This document shows positions 1 to 10,001 of a stretch of 64,000 nucleotides of DNA, piece after piece. The stretch is taken from NCBI GenBank assembly GCA_044222185.1, contig JBGANV010000002.1, positions 576,001-640,000 of the forward strand, in the 5' to 3' direction. A program made the translations under genes and the position numbers. Origin of the DNA: Planctomycetota bacterium. GTDB taxonomy: Bacteria > Planctomycetota > GCA-002687715 > CAIWVZ01. The notes under the pieces are model-generated. The model did no database searches. It was given only the letters and a program-made list of their open reading frames with translations, and was not told where the DNA came from. Each line of letters opens with the position of its first letter. Positions within the stretch are counted from its first letter, which is position 1.

Positions 1-117
1 AGCGCGGCGGCGGCGGCGCTCGCCCTGCTGGTGAGCCGTCCCGCTCCGCTCGTGACGCTCGTCTGTGTCGCGCCGGTCGCCGTGGTGTTGAGCGCCGTCG
101 CGCGCCGCCCCCCGTGA
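1..117 (+). CDS. 3' end of a membrane protein (partial)
   Basis: Frame 1 is open from base 1 to TGA at 115-117 and encodes a hydrophobic stretch (ALALLV...VAVVLSAVARRPP*). Confidence 0.5.
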   Translation, partial: SAAAAALALLVSRPAPLVTLVCVAPVAVVLSAVARRPP

Positions 118-175
118 GTTCGCCGCGACCCCGGGGCTCGTCACCGGGACGACGCGCGCTCACAATGCTCGCCTG

Positions 176-1930
176 ATGACGCCGCGGCCCTCCAGTCTCC
201 TCACCTCCGCTGCCATCGCCCTGCTCATGGCTGGCGTCGGCGCGCGCTTCCTGCTCGGTGACGACCTGAACCCGCTCGTCGAATCGTTCGCGACGGCGCT
301 GATGCTCCTGGGCGGTGGCCTGGCGCTCCTGTGCGGCGTGATGGAAGGGCGGGCGCCTGCGCCCATCCTGGTCGTTCTCGTCGTCGTGCTGATGCTGCCG
401 GCAGCGTCACCGATGGAGAGCTTCACGATCAAGCGCGCCGCGGACGTGCTGGCTGCGACGGTCGCGGGTTTGGCGCTCATGGACCTCGTGAGCGTTCGTC
501 GGATGGGCAACCAGGTTCGACGAGTCCTCGTCGCTGCGGCCATCGCGTTGAGCTGGTTCGGTATCGCGCAGTCGGCGTGGCTGAACGCGTCGGCGGAGGC
601 CGCGGCGCGCGCGGTGGGACACGCGCTCACGAAGACCGAGCGGGGCGAGGCGTTCCTCCACTCCTGGCGTGCCGCCGCCACGTTCACGTCGGCGAACCAC
701 TTCGCCGGGTTCCTCCTGCTCGTGGCTCCCGCCGTCGTGGGTGCGTGGTTGAGGGGGCGCCGGCGTGCGGCGGCGTCGATCGCGGCAATTTCGTGCGTCG
801 CGGCATTCGCATGCGCCGGATCCGCCGGTGGCGCGGGCGCCCTTGCGATCGGCGGTTGCGTGGCGACATGGCGGATGAGTCCGCCCGGGACGAACTCGCG
901 CCGACGTTGGCGGATCGCGAGCGCTGGGGTTGCATTGGTCGGCCTCGGAATCGTCATCCTCGCGTCGGCCCACGTGGGCGGCGGCAAACTCGCCACGCTC
1001 GCAGAGAGGCTCGATTACCACCGCCTGGCGCTGCGCGTCCTCGCGGAGCACGTGCCGTTTGGGTGCGGGCTGGAGGCGACCCGCACGTGGATGTCCAGCG
1101 CCCACCGCGCAGGTGAGGCGTTCAGCCGATCCCCGCACGACTGGTGGCTGCAGGGACTGGTCGAGTGCGGCATCGTGTTCTTCGGCGTGGCCGCGATCCT
1201 CGTCCGGGTCGTTTGGCGTTCGCTGCAGGCGCCCCAGACCGAGCCGGTCGGGGACGGCGATCCGCCCTCGCGAGTCGTCGCCTGGGGACTGCTCGGAGGG
1301 GTGCTGCTGTCGGCGGCGCTGGCTCCGTTCGTCACATTCCTTCCTGCGACGGCGGGAATCGCTCAGGCAGTCGATGCCGGTGTCACACTCGCCGTGCTCG
1401 CAGGCGCGTGGTGCCTTGCGGGGGGCGTGGCGACGGACTCGCCGGGCTTTCGGTCGGGTCTGCGCGTCGGGCTCGCGGCGTTCCTCGTCCACGGGTTCCT
1501 GGATTCGGACCTCCTTCAGCCCGGGGTGATGATCACGCTGGCGCTCGTTCTTTCCGCCGTTCGCGGCCCCGCATCGCAGGACGTCGCACGCACGAGCGGG
1601 CGCGTCGCGACGATCGGGCTTGGCCTGGCGGCAATCCTCGCCGCGGTGCCCATCGTGCAGCTGGGCGCCGGGCGTCAACTGGTAGCGGACGTGGTCATCG
1701 AGGGGCCGCAGACCGAGATCACCTCCGATCACCTGGACCAGCTGTTTCGTGCCCCGCTCGGCCCCATTCCGGATTTGCGGGCCGCAGCGGCGGTGTGGCC
1801 TGACGATCCGACGAGCGCTCAGGCGATCGCGATGGCGCAGCGGATCGCTGATTCCTGGTCGCGCGGCATCCGCCGGCGCCCCGACGCGCGCGCGTTGATC
1901 GACCGGTTGGAGCGCCTGAAGGCGCGTTGA
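176..1930 (+). CDS. O-antigen ligase / Wzy_C family membrane protein
   Basis: Many TM segments; motifs ATFTSANHFAGFL, ERLDY..., PFGCG and HDWWLQGLVECG are typical of O-antigen ligase-like proteins. Confidence 0.8.
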   Translation: MTPRPSSLLTSAAIALLMAGVGARFLLGDDLNPLVESFATALMLLGGGLALLCGVMEGRAPAPILVVLVVVLMLPAASPMESFTIKRAADVLAATVAGLALMDLVSVRRMGNQVRRVLVAAAIALSWFGIAQSAWLNASAEAAARAVGHALTKTERGEAFLHSWRAAATFTSANHFAGFLLLVAPAVVGAWLRGRRRAAASIAAISCVAAFACAGSAGGAGALAIGGCVATWRMSPPGTNSRRRWRIASAGVALVGLGIVILASAHVGGGKLATLAERLDYHRLALRVLAEHVPFGCGLEATRTWMSSAHRAGEAFSRSPHDWWLQGLVECGIVFFGVAAILVRVVWRSLQAPQTEPVGDGDPPSRVVAWGLLGGVLLSAALAPFVTFLPATAGIAQAVDAGVTLAVLAGAWCLAGGVATDSPGFRSGLRVGLAAFLVHGFLDSDLLQPGVMITLALVLSAVRGPASQDVARTSGRVATIGLGLAAILAAVPIVQLGAGRQLVADVVIEGPQTEITSDHLDQLFRAPLGPIPDLRAAAAVWPDDPTSAQAIAMAQRIADSWSRGIRRRPDARALIDRLERLKAR

Positions 1931-1992
1931 GGTCCCTTCGATTCTCGGCGTTGCTGGCCGGTATACTCCCCGTCCCAACACGAGGGTTGAAC

Positions 1993-3447
1993 ATGCGAAC
2001 GCGACTCGTCGGGCTCGGTTGTGCATTCATGATGGCTCTCTCCGTGTCGGTGGCGGCTCAACAGAGCGTGCCCTTCACGCGCAGCGGAGATGTCCTCGTC
2101 GTCGACACGGTCGGTGATCGCATCGTCCGTCTACAGGACCTGGATTTGGACGGCGCTTTCACGAGCCCGGGCGAGTCGACCGTGTTCTTCCAGAGCGGCA
2201 CGAACGGGATCACGGTCACGAACGTGAACGCCATCGCCACGGCGGAGGACGGCACGGTCTACCTGTCGGATCCGACGGCGCATCTCGTGGTGCGCCTGAA
2301 GGACGTCGACGGCGACGGGGCGGCCATGGCAGCGAACGAAAGCCAGGTGTTCTTCAGCGCCGCCAACGGGTCGGGCATCTTCCTCGCGCTGAACTGGGCG
2401 TTGGCATGTTCGACGGACGGCTTCGTCTACGTCGCGCAGGCGAACAACGCGACCGGCGGCTTCGACTCCGTCATGCGTCTGCGCGACCTCAACAACGACG
2501 GCGATGCGGAAGATGCAGGCGAAGCGGTCGACTATGCGCGGTTCGCCGTCGGTGGTGCGGTTGCCGACTCCGTTCCCTCGGGCCTCGCCATCGGCAACGA
2601 CGGAACCCTCTACTACGTCAACAACGGAACGAGCGGAGCCGTCGCCAAGGGCGTCTATCGCATGCACGACGACGTGATCCCCAACGGCGTGTGCACCGAT
2701 CCGGGTGAAGTGTCGATCTTCTTCACACCGACGGCCGTCCCGAGCGTCACGTCGCAGTACTGGTCCCTCACGACCGACCGAAGCGGCAACTTCTTCCTGC
2801 ACGACACGGGCGCCGAGCGCATCATCAAGTTCAACGACCTGAACGCGGACCTGGTGATCCAGAACGCGTCCGAGTCCCTGATCTACTACTCGGTGCCGAG
2901 TGCGTCGAACATGTGGGGCTCGGCGCTCGCGTCCGACGGCACGCTGTTCGTCTGCGAAGATCAGTCACCGGACCGGGTGTACGCGTTGCGTGACCTCGAT
3001 CAGAACGGCGACTGCCTCGGCGTGAACGAGAAGACCGACGCGTTCACGTTCCCGACGTCGGGCACGAGCGCGATCTACTCGCCGCGGGCGATCACCACGA
3101 TGAAGGGGCCCGGGTTGCGCATGAATCCGTTGCCGATCCAGATCGGCAACAACGCCACCCTGACGATGGAGGGAACGGCCGGCGAAGCGATGAACGTCTA
3201 CATGTCGCTGGGGACGCTCAACCTGCCCGTCCCGCCGTTCGGAACCCTCGGCATCGACGTGTTCACGCCGGGCCTCTACCTGGAGTTCGTCCCGCTGTTC
3301 CCCACGAGCCCGCCGGGCTCCGACGCCCTCACGCTGGGCATCCCATCGGATCCGAACCTCCTCGCGCTCACGGTGTACCTGCAAGCGATCGGCGGCGCGC
3401 CGAGCCGGCTGCTGTTGTCGAACACGCTCACGGTGACGTTCCAGTAG
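1993..3447 (+). CDS. secreted beta-propeller protein with repeated DxDxDG-type motifs and a C-terminal module
   Basis: Signal peptide MRTRLVG...VAAQ from ATG 1993; ~60-aa repeats each with RLxDL(D/N)xDG; C-terminal IPSDPNL..YLQA..LSNTL module. Confidence 0.75.
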   Translation: MRTRLVGLGCAFMMALSVSVAAQQSVPFTRSGDVLVVDTVGDRIVRLQDLDLDGAFTSPGESTVFFQSGTNGITVTNVNAIATAEDGTVYLSDPTAHLVVRLKDVDGDGAAMAANESQVFFSAANGSGIFLALNWALACSTDGFVYVAQANNATGGFDSVMRLRDLNNDGDAEDAGEAVDYARFAVGGAVADSVPSGLAIGNDGTLYYVNNGTSGAVAKGVYRMHDDVIPNGVCTDPGEVSIFFTPTAVPSVTSQYWSLTTDRSGNFFLHDTGAERIIKFNDLNADLVIQNASESLIYYSVPSASNMWGSALASDGTLFVCEDQSPDRVYALRDLDQNGDCLGVNEKTDAFTFPTSGTSAIYSPRAITTMKGPGLRMNPLPIQIGNNATLTMEGTAGEAMNVYMSLGTLNLPVPPFGTLGIDVFTPGLYLEFVPLFPTSPPGSDALTLGIPSDPNLLALTVYLQAIGGAPSRLLLSNTLTVTFQ

Positions 3448-3536
3448 TCGAGCCGCAGCGGTAGGGCCGGGGGCCGTGGTCGAGCTTCGGTGCGCCGCGG
3501 CGACGTGGCGTGCCCGCCTGGCTGGTGCGCCGCGGC

Positions 3537-4127
3537 TCAGAGGCGTTCGTTCAGCACTCCGTCGATGTCCTCGGTTCCGCTGCACGAAACGACCAGGTTC
3601 CGCCGCACCCAAACCGCGCACTCCTCCCGTGCCAGTCGATCGAGCGTCGCGCGCGCGGTCGCTTCGTCGACCAGCGCCAGCAGAACATCGCGGAGAACCG
3701 CCTCGGCATTCGACCAGGCCAGGTAGGAGAGCCGGAGGAACCAGCCATCGTCGTGCGCCATCGCCATGAAGTGATTGCCCACTGAAACCATGGCAGGCGC
3801 GGCTTCGGGTTGCCCGTGCTTCGCGAACCGACGAAGCCTGGCGACGTCCTCCGGGCTGAACTCCGATGGCGTTGCACCGGGCGCGAAGTCGACCCAGGCG
3901 AAGTCGCCGAAGCCGTAGATGTCGCATGCGGCGAGCTCCGGCATCCGATCCGCTGGAACGAAACGCAGGCGGCTCGGGCGCGCGACGACGGGATTACCAA
4001 AGCGGCTGCGCAGGAGGACGACTCCGCCACGCGCTGCGAGAGCCGGACGAAAGTCGCGGAACTCGATTCCCGACGCAACGAGGGTTCGTTCGGCCGGTCG
4101 GTTCCACAGGTACAGGTAGTTCCTCAT
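3537..4127 (-). CDS. hypothetical protein
   Basis: Globular-looking ORF from ATG 4127 (MRNYLYLW); aromatic/acidic motifs GIEFRDF, DIYGFGDFAWVDF, MAHDDGWF. Confidence 0.7.
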   Translation of the reverse strand: MRNYLYLWNRPAERTLVASGIEFRDFRPALAARGGVVLLRSRFGNPVVARPSRLRFVPADRMPELAACDIYGFGDFAWVDFAPGATPSEFSPEDVARLRRFAKHGQPEAAPAMVSVGNHFMAMAHDDGWFLRLSYLAWSNAEAVLRDVLLALVDEATARATLDRLAREECAVWVRRNLVVSCSGTEDIDGVLNERL

Positions 4128-4269
4128 TGCCGCGTCGGCGAATCCATCGAGAGGGCAGGCGGAGATCACCCGGCGCCCGAGGTCGAGGCGCGGGTCGTTG
4201 CGGGCGACGAGGCATCATCGACCAGTCCTGTCGCGGCGTCAACGAGGGGGACGCGCTCGAGCTCACACC

Positions 4270-6540
4270 TCAGCCGATCTTCGCGGCCCAGCTCTCCAGT
4301 CGTTCCCGGATGGTCGCGCTGACGACGGGCGGGGAGAGGGTCCTGCGCACGTCGTCGGCTGCCTTGCGACCGCGGGCCCGGGCGCCGGCATGGTCGTCTC
4401 GCACTTCGAGCATGAGGCGACGCAGGTGCACGACGTCCGGTTCTGCCCACCGATGACCGGCGAACGTGGGGACTTCGCGCACTCCCTGCGGTGGCACGGG
4501 CACGAGCCGGTAATCGATCAGGTATGCGTTCGTCGCGTCCATGAAATCGACCTGGCCGCTCCAGTTGGTGCCGATCGTCGGAAGTCCGACGGCCATGGCT
4601 TCCGCGAACGGCCGCCCGAACCCTTCGCCTCGCGTGGGAAGCACGAACGCATTCACCGAGCGATAGAGCGCCGGAAGTTCGGCCTCGGCGAGGCGTCCGA
4701 CGAATTGCACGTCCGGGAGCGATCGCCCGCGGCGGCCGAAACGTGTCAGCGCCTCACGCACGATCTTCTTCACGGCGTCGAGCGGCATTCCGTTCGACAA
4801 CTGGAGCTTCAGCACGAGCGACACGTCCTGGGATCCGCTGAAGGCCTCCGCATAGGCACGAAGGAGGACGTCCCACCCCTTGCGCAGGTGCCAGTCGAAC
4901 ACCGACAGGAACGTGAATCGGTCCGACGGGATCGCGGGGAGCCGTGGGCCCTCCGGCGAATAGCCCGCGAAGTCGAGAGTCCCGGGAATCACGAACAGTT
5001 TGTGTCGGTCGACCCCCGCGCGTGTGAAGGACTCGACGTTGTGGCTGCACGGCACCCAGATCTCGTCCATGCGGTTGCAGGGATCGACCCAGCCCGCTGG
5101 GATCTGGTCGGTCTCGAACATCGTGCGGCCGATGGCGACGGCATGCCCCGCTTCGCGACGGAAATGCGACGGGAACATGTGCTGAACGCTCACGTGACGC
5201 GATGGCGTCGGGATGTGGCAGAGGCGATGGAAGAGCACGCGATCCTCGAGATCGAGGGTCGCCGCTCGCTGACTCCACACGTGAGGGACGACCCGGCACT
5301 CGAATCCCTCATCGGCCACGAGACTGCGGAGAAATCCCCGCGCCTCCGACGCGTACCCGCTCTGGTCGAACACCGGCGCGCGCCATGCGACGAGGGACGA
5401 GCGCCCCCCAGCACGTGGGCGCGTGATCGCCGGGTGGCAGCTCTCCGCGGCGACGAGTCGATGGGCGACGACGTCTCTCAGGCGTTGCACGGTCCAGTGC
5501 TTCGCGACCTCCGCACGCGCGACCGCCACGCGCCTGGCGCAGAGCCCGGGGTCGGCGACGACTCGCCGCATCTGCGCGCGGAGCGAATCGACCGACGGAA
5601 TGGCCCAGCGAGCACCGACGAGCAGTTCGTGCTCCGGAACGTCCTCGTTCCGGATCGTCTCCAGTCCCTCGATATCGACGAGAAACGCGTTCCGGTCGCC
5701 CAGGTACTCGAGCATCCCGCCGAAGCGCGTGGCGATCACCGGCAACCCCATGGCGAACGCGTCGAAGGCGGCCATGCCGATGGCTTCGCAGCGAGACGGG
5801 ATCACGAAGGCGTTGCTTTGCGCGTGGAGGTCGGCGAGGCCGGCGTCATCCAGCAACTCGTCGACGACGACGATCTCGGGAATCCTCTCCGGATCGTGTC
5901 CGAGTGCGACGATCATCCGCGCGATCTCCTCGATGGCAGCGGGCGGCGGAGTCTCCAGGCGATCGTCGGGTGGGGGCGTGCGCAGGACCAAGGCGACGTC
6001 GTCGTTCGGCTTGAACTCGGAGAGGTACGCCGAGAGCAGGAGATCCAAGCCGCGGCGCTTGTTCAGCTCCGTGACGGCCAGGAATCGAAACGACTTGGCC
6101 GTCTGGAGCGGATAGGTCTGGCCGGGAATCGCCGGTCGGAGGAGTGTGGGCGCCAGCGGCTGCACGACGGAGATCCTCGCGCGGTCGACGCCCGAGCGAG
6201 CGAAGGTCTCACGGTTGAAGCGGCTCGGGACCCACACGGCTTCCATGGAGTTCAGCCACGAAACCCAGGTCTTGGGAATGCGATCGGCAGGGAACTGCGT
6301 CCATGCCACGTGCATGAGGTGGCCAGGCGCCTGCGAGCGGAGGATCTCGTACAGATCGTGTCCGTCGCGGCACTGCGGCATGTGCGAGTGCAAGAGCACG
6401 TCGCGCCGCACGTCCTGCCGCGAGCTCAGTCGCAGCATCTGGTTGACGACCTGGCGTGGCAGGTCGAAGCGGACGTTAAGCTGCGATCCGTCGCTCCGGG
6501 GGATCGCTACGACCGTTCGCTCAATCTCCGTAACGGTCAT
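4270..6540 (-). CDS. tandem GT4 (GT-B) glycosyltransferase; first domain lacks its N-terminal elements
   Basis: Two GT4 units (WVPSRFN...PSRCEAIGMAAFDAFAMG and WVPCSHN...PTRGEGFGRPFAEAMAVG). Probably the continuation of 6521..7120 across a frameshift. Confidence 0.85.
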   Translation of the reverse strand: MTVTEIERTVVAIPRSDGSQLNVRFDLPRQVVNQMLRLSSRQDVRRDVLLHSHMPQCRDGHDLYEILRSQAPGHLMHVAWTQFPADRIPKTWVSWLNSMEAVWVPSRFNRETFARSGVDRARISVVQPLAPTLLRPAIPGQTYPLQTAKSFRFLAVTELNKRRGLDLLLSAYLSEFKPNDDVALVLRTPPPDDRLETPPPAAIEEIARMIVALGHDPERIPEIVVVDELLDDAGLADLHAQSNAFVIPSRCEAIGMAAFDAFAMGLPVIATRFGGMLEYLGDRNAFLVDIEGLETIRNEDVPEHELLVGARWAIPSVDSLRAQMRRVVADPGLCARRVAVARAEVAKHWTVQRLRDVVAHRLVAAESCHPAITRPRAGGRSSLVAWRAPVFDQSGYASEARGFLRSLVADEGFECRVVPHVWSQRAATLDLEDRVLFHRLCHIPTPSRHVSVQHMFPSHFRREAGHAVAIGRTMFETDQIPAGWVDPCNRMDEIWVPCSHNVESFTRAGVDRHKLFVIPGTLDFAGYSPEGPRLPAIPSDRFTFLSVFDWHLRKGWDVLLRAYAEAFSGSQDVSLVLKLQLSNGMPLDAVKKIVREALTRFGRRGRSLPDVQFVGRLAEAELPALYRSVNAFVLPTRGEGFGRPFAEAMAVGLPTIGTNWSGQVDFMDATNAYLIDYRLVPVPPQGVREVPTFAGHRWAEPDVVHLRRLMLEVRDDHAGARARGRKAADDVRRTLSPPVVSATIRERLESWAAKIG

Positions 6541-7120
6541 CGAGGATCTCGAAGGTCGGGTGGACTCGAACCTTCATCCCGGCCTCGTCCAGCGCGAGGA
6601 CGACGGCCCGTCCGAGGCTTCCGGAGGGGCGGTTGTGGAGGAACGGACCGTGCCACGAGAGGTCGGCAATCGGGGCCGACGCGTCCGTGACCGGAGTCGC
6701 GACTGCTCCGAATGGGATGTCTCCACGAAGCGCCACGCCTTCGAGGCGTGACGGGTCGTCGTGCGACGGCTCCAGCATGACGATCTCGAAGCCGAGCTCG
6801 CCGAGGATCTGGGCGAACTGCGGCGCCACGGACTCGGGTCCGCACCCGAGCCGTCCCGTGCATGCACCCACGTCGGCGCGCGTGCGGAACTCGAGCAGGC
6901 CACCACTGTCGAGGACGCGTCGCCACTCGGTGAATGCGGGTACGGCGAGGGGCCACTGAGACGGTGCCGGGACGTCGTCGACCTCGAGCGCCATCGTGGA
7001 CTCGTCCTGCCACGGCAGGCGGGTCACGTCGAACGTCTCCCGATCGGCGTCGTTCGTCGTCGAGGTCAGGCGGGAAATCAGAACCGACCTGTCACCGTGC
7101 TGCGTCACGTCGAACCTCAT
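6521..7120 (-). CDS. methyltransferase-like fragment plus the N-terminal start of a GT4 domain
   Basis: DVTRLPWQDES...EWRRVLDSGGLL resembles the class I SAM-MTase core (degenerate); the C-terminal WHGPFLHNRPSGSLGRAVVLAL parallels WRAPVFDQSGYASEARGFLRSL of the downstream GT4. Confidence 0.6.
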   Translation of the reverse strand: MRFDVTQHGDRSVLISRLTSTTNDADRETFDVTRLPWQDESTMALEVDDVPAPSQWPLAVPAFTEWRRVLDSGGLLEFRTRADVGACTGRLGCGPESVAPQFAQILGELGFEIVMLEPSHDDPSRLEGVALRGDIPFGAVATPVTDASAPIADLSWHGPFLHNRPSGSLGRAVVLALDEAGMKVRVHPTFEILDDRYGD

Positions 7121-7159
7121 CGCGACCTCGTTCCTATCTGCGCCCGCGCGGGGCGATGC

Positions 7160-8326
<1,167 letters not shown>

Positions 8327-9004
8327 CTATCGCAGCCGCAGCACCCGTCCGACGATCGAGACGACCTCGACGTAGGCGTTGCCCCAGGCGTTCCAGCGGA
8401 AGAAATGCGTGGCGCGGCCGGGGTCTCCGATGAACGGGCGGAGGACCCACGCGAGCTGGATCGCGACGAACACGTAGAGCACGAGCCAGACGTTCCGTGC
8501 GAGTCGATGTCGTGGATCGATGCGGACCAGCTCGCGGTAATGCCGTGCGAGCGTGAACTGCCCGGCCAGCGCCGCGACGAGGAACGCGAAGCCGTTCAGC
8601 GTGGTCGCGAAGGGGTAGTCGTCCGTCGACGCGTAGCCCGTCAGCGTCACGGGTGCCAGCGCGGCGAGCGTGAGAGCGACCGTCGCTTGAGCCGCGAGGA
8701 CACCCCGACATGCCGCCGCGAAGTCGCTTCGCAGGCCGAGCACGGTGTTGATCACGTAGAAGTTCGGCAGGCAGATCAGCGTCGAGACGCCGATCAGCAT
8801 GGGAACCTTCACCGACGAATAGACGACCTGGAGCCAGCGCAGGCCGAACGTGCCCATGGCGGCACCGTAGACGAGACCGGCGGCACAAGTGATCGAGGCC
8901 AAATGGGCGATGGGAGCTCGGCCCACCCCCGGAGCGAAGGACCCGGTCGCTCGGAGCAGTGCGTCGACGACGCGGCCGACGCGGACGAGCGGCGCCGCGG
9001 TCAT
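8327..9004 (-). CDS. uncharacterised 5-TM membrane protein (Yip1-like fold possible)
   Basis: ATG 9004 overlaps the upstream stop (ATGA); motifs KVPMLIG..CLPNFY and QLAWVLRPFIG; paralogue of 9001..9780. Confidence 0.75.
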   Translation of the reverse strand: MTAAPLVRVGRVVDALLRATGSFAPGVGRAPIAHLASITCAAGLVYGAAMGTFGLRWLQVVYSSVKVPMLIGVSTLICLPNFYVINTVLGLRSDFAAACRGVLAAQATVALTLAALAPVTLTGYASTDDYPFATTLNGFAFLVAALAGQFTLARHYRELVRIDPRHRLARNVWLVLYVFVAIQLAWVLRPFIGDPGRATHFFRWNAWGNAYVEVVSIVGRVLRLR

Positions 9005-9780
9005 TGGAAGAGGTGACGGAGCGCGCTCAGTACGGCCGCGAAGAAGTTCGACTGACGAGCGCGGAACCACTCGAACGGGAGCCCCGGAGCGCCGACGAAC
9101 GGCCGAAGGACCCACGCCATCTGCGCGCCGACGATGCCGAAGAGGATCGCCCAGACGCGGAAGACGAGGCCCGCGGGATCGGCGGGTGATGCCACCGGGG
9201 GTCGCGGCGCGGGTGGATGGGTCGCGATCGCCTCGTCCACTGGCGGCGGAGGCGTGGGCGCGGGCCGCGGGGGGCGCGCCGGAGCGAAGACGACCCTCAA
9301 CGCCTTGCGCAGGAAGGAGATTCCGATGAGCCCCGCAGTCCCGAAGAACACGACGTTCAGCACGATCATGAACGCGTAACTCGTGGTCGAGAGCGTGAAG
9401 AACCCCGTGATCGGACCGAAGCTCGCCAGGACGGCGAGGTTGATCGCGACGGCCGCGAGCAAGAGCCGCAAGGTGCTCGACGCAAACAGCCGCGAACGCG
9501 TGAGTGCCGAGAAGACGTAGAGGGATGGGAACGTGACGGCGAGCGTGAGCAGGAAGAGCAGTGGGACCTTCAGCGTCGTCGCCACGATCTGCATCGCGCT
9601 GCCTGGACCTCCGCGCATCAGCGTGAAGAGGCCCATGAACGCGCCATACAGGCCGCCGAGGATCAGACCGGTCGTGGCGAGCGTTCGGATCGGTACGCGA
9701 AGATTTCCGCTCTCCAGCTCTTCGCGTTCCGTGAAACCGCCTCGAAGGAGACGGTCGATGTCTGCGATGAACTTCCGCAT
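9001..9780 (-). CDS. uncharacterised membrane protein, paralogue of 8327..9004
   Basis: GGAGG RBS before ATG 9780; KVPLLFLLT..FPSLY and QMAWVLRPFVG. Confidence 0.8.
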   Translation of the reverse strand: MRKFIADIDRLLRGGFTEREELESGNLRVPIRTLATTGLILGGLYGAFMGLFTLMRGGPGSAMQIVATTLKVPLLFLLTLAVTFPSLYVFSALTRSRLFASSTLRLLLAAVAINLAVLASFGPITGFFTLSTTSYAFMIVLNVVFFGTAGLIGISFLRKALRVVFAPARPPRPAPTPPPPVDEAIATHPPAPRPPVASPADPAGLVFRVWAILFGIVGAQMAWVLRPFVGAPGLPFEWFRARQSNFFAAVLSALRHLFQ

Positions 9781-10001
9781 GAGGACCTCCTGAAACGAGG
9801 GCACGAAGCGAGTTGGAGAACGCGACCTCTGACAGCGGCGTAACGCCATCGCGGATTCCGGTGCCGTCCGTTCGAGATCGAGTCGCCGGCGACTCAGCGA
9901 TCGATGGAGCAAAGGGCGTGGGATGCGAGCTGAGCCCCGTGTTTCCCGCGTGTTCCTGGCGTAGCGCGACGGCGTGATCGGCATCGTGTAGAACGTCGCC
10001 C

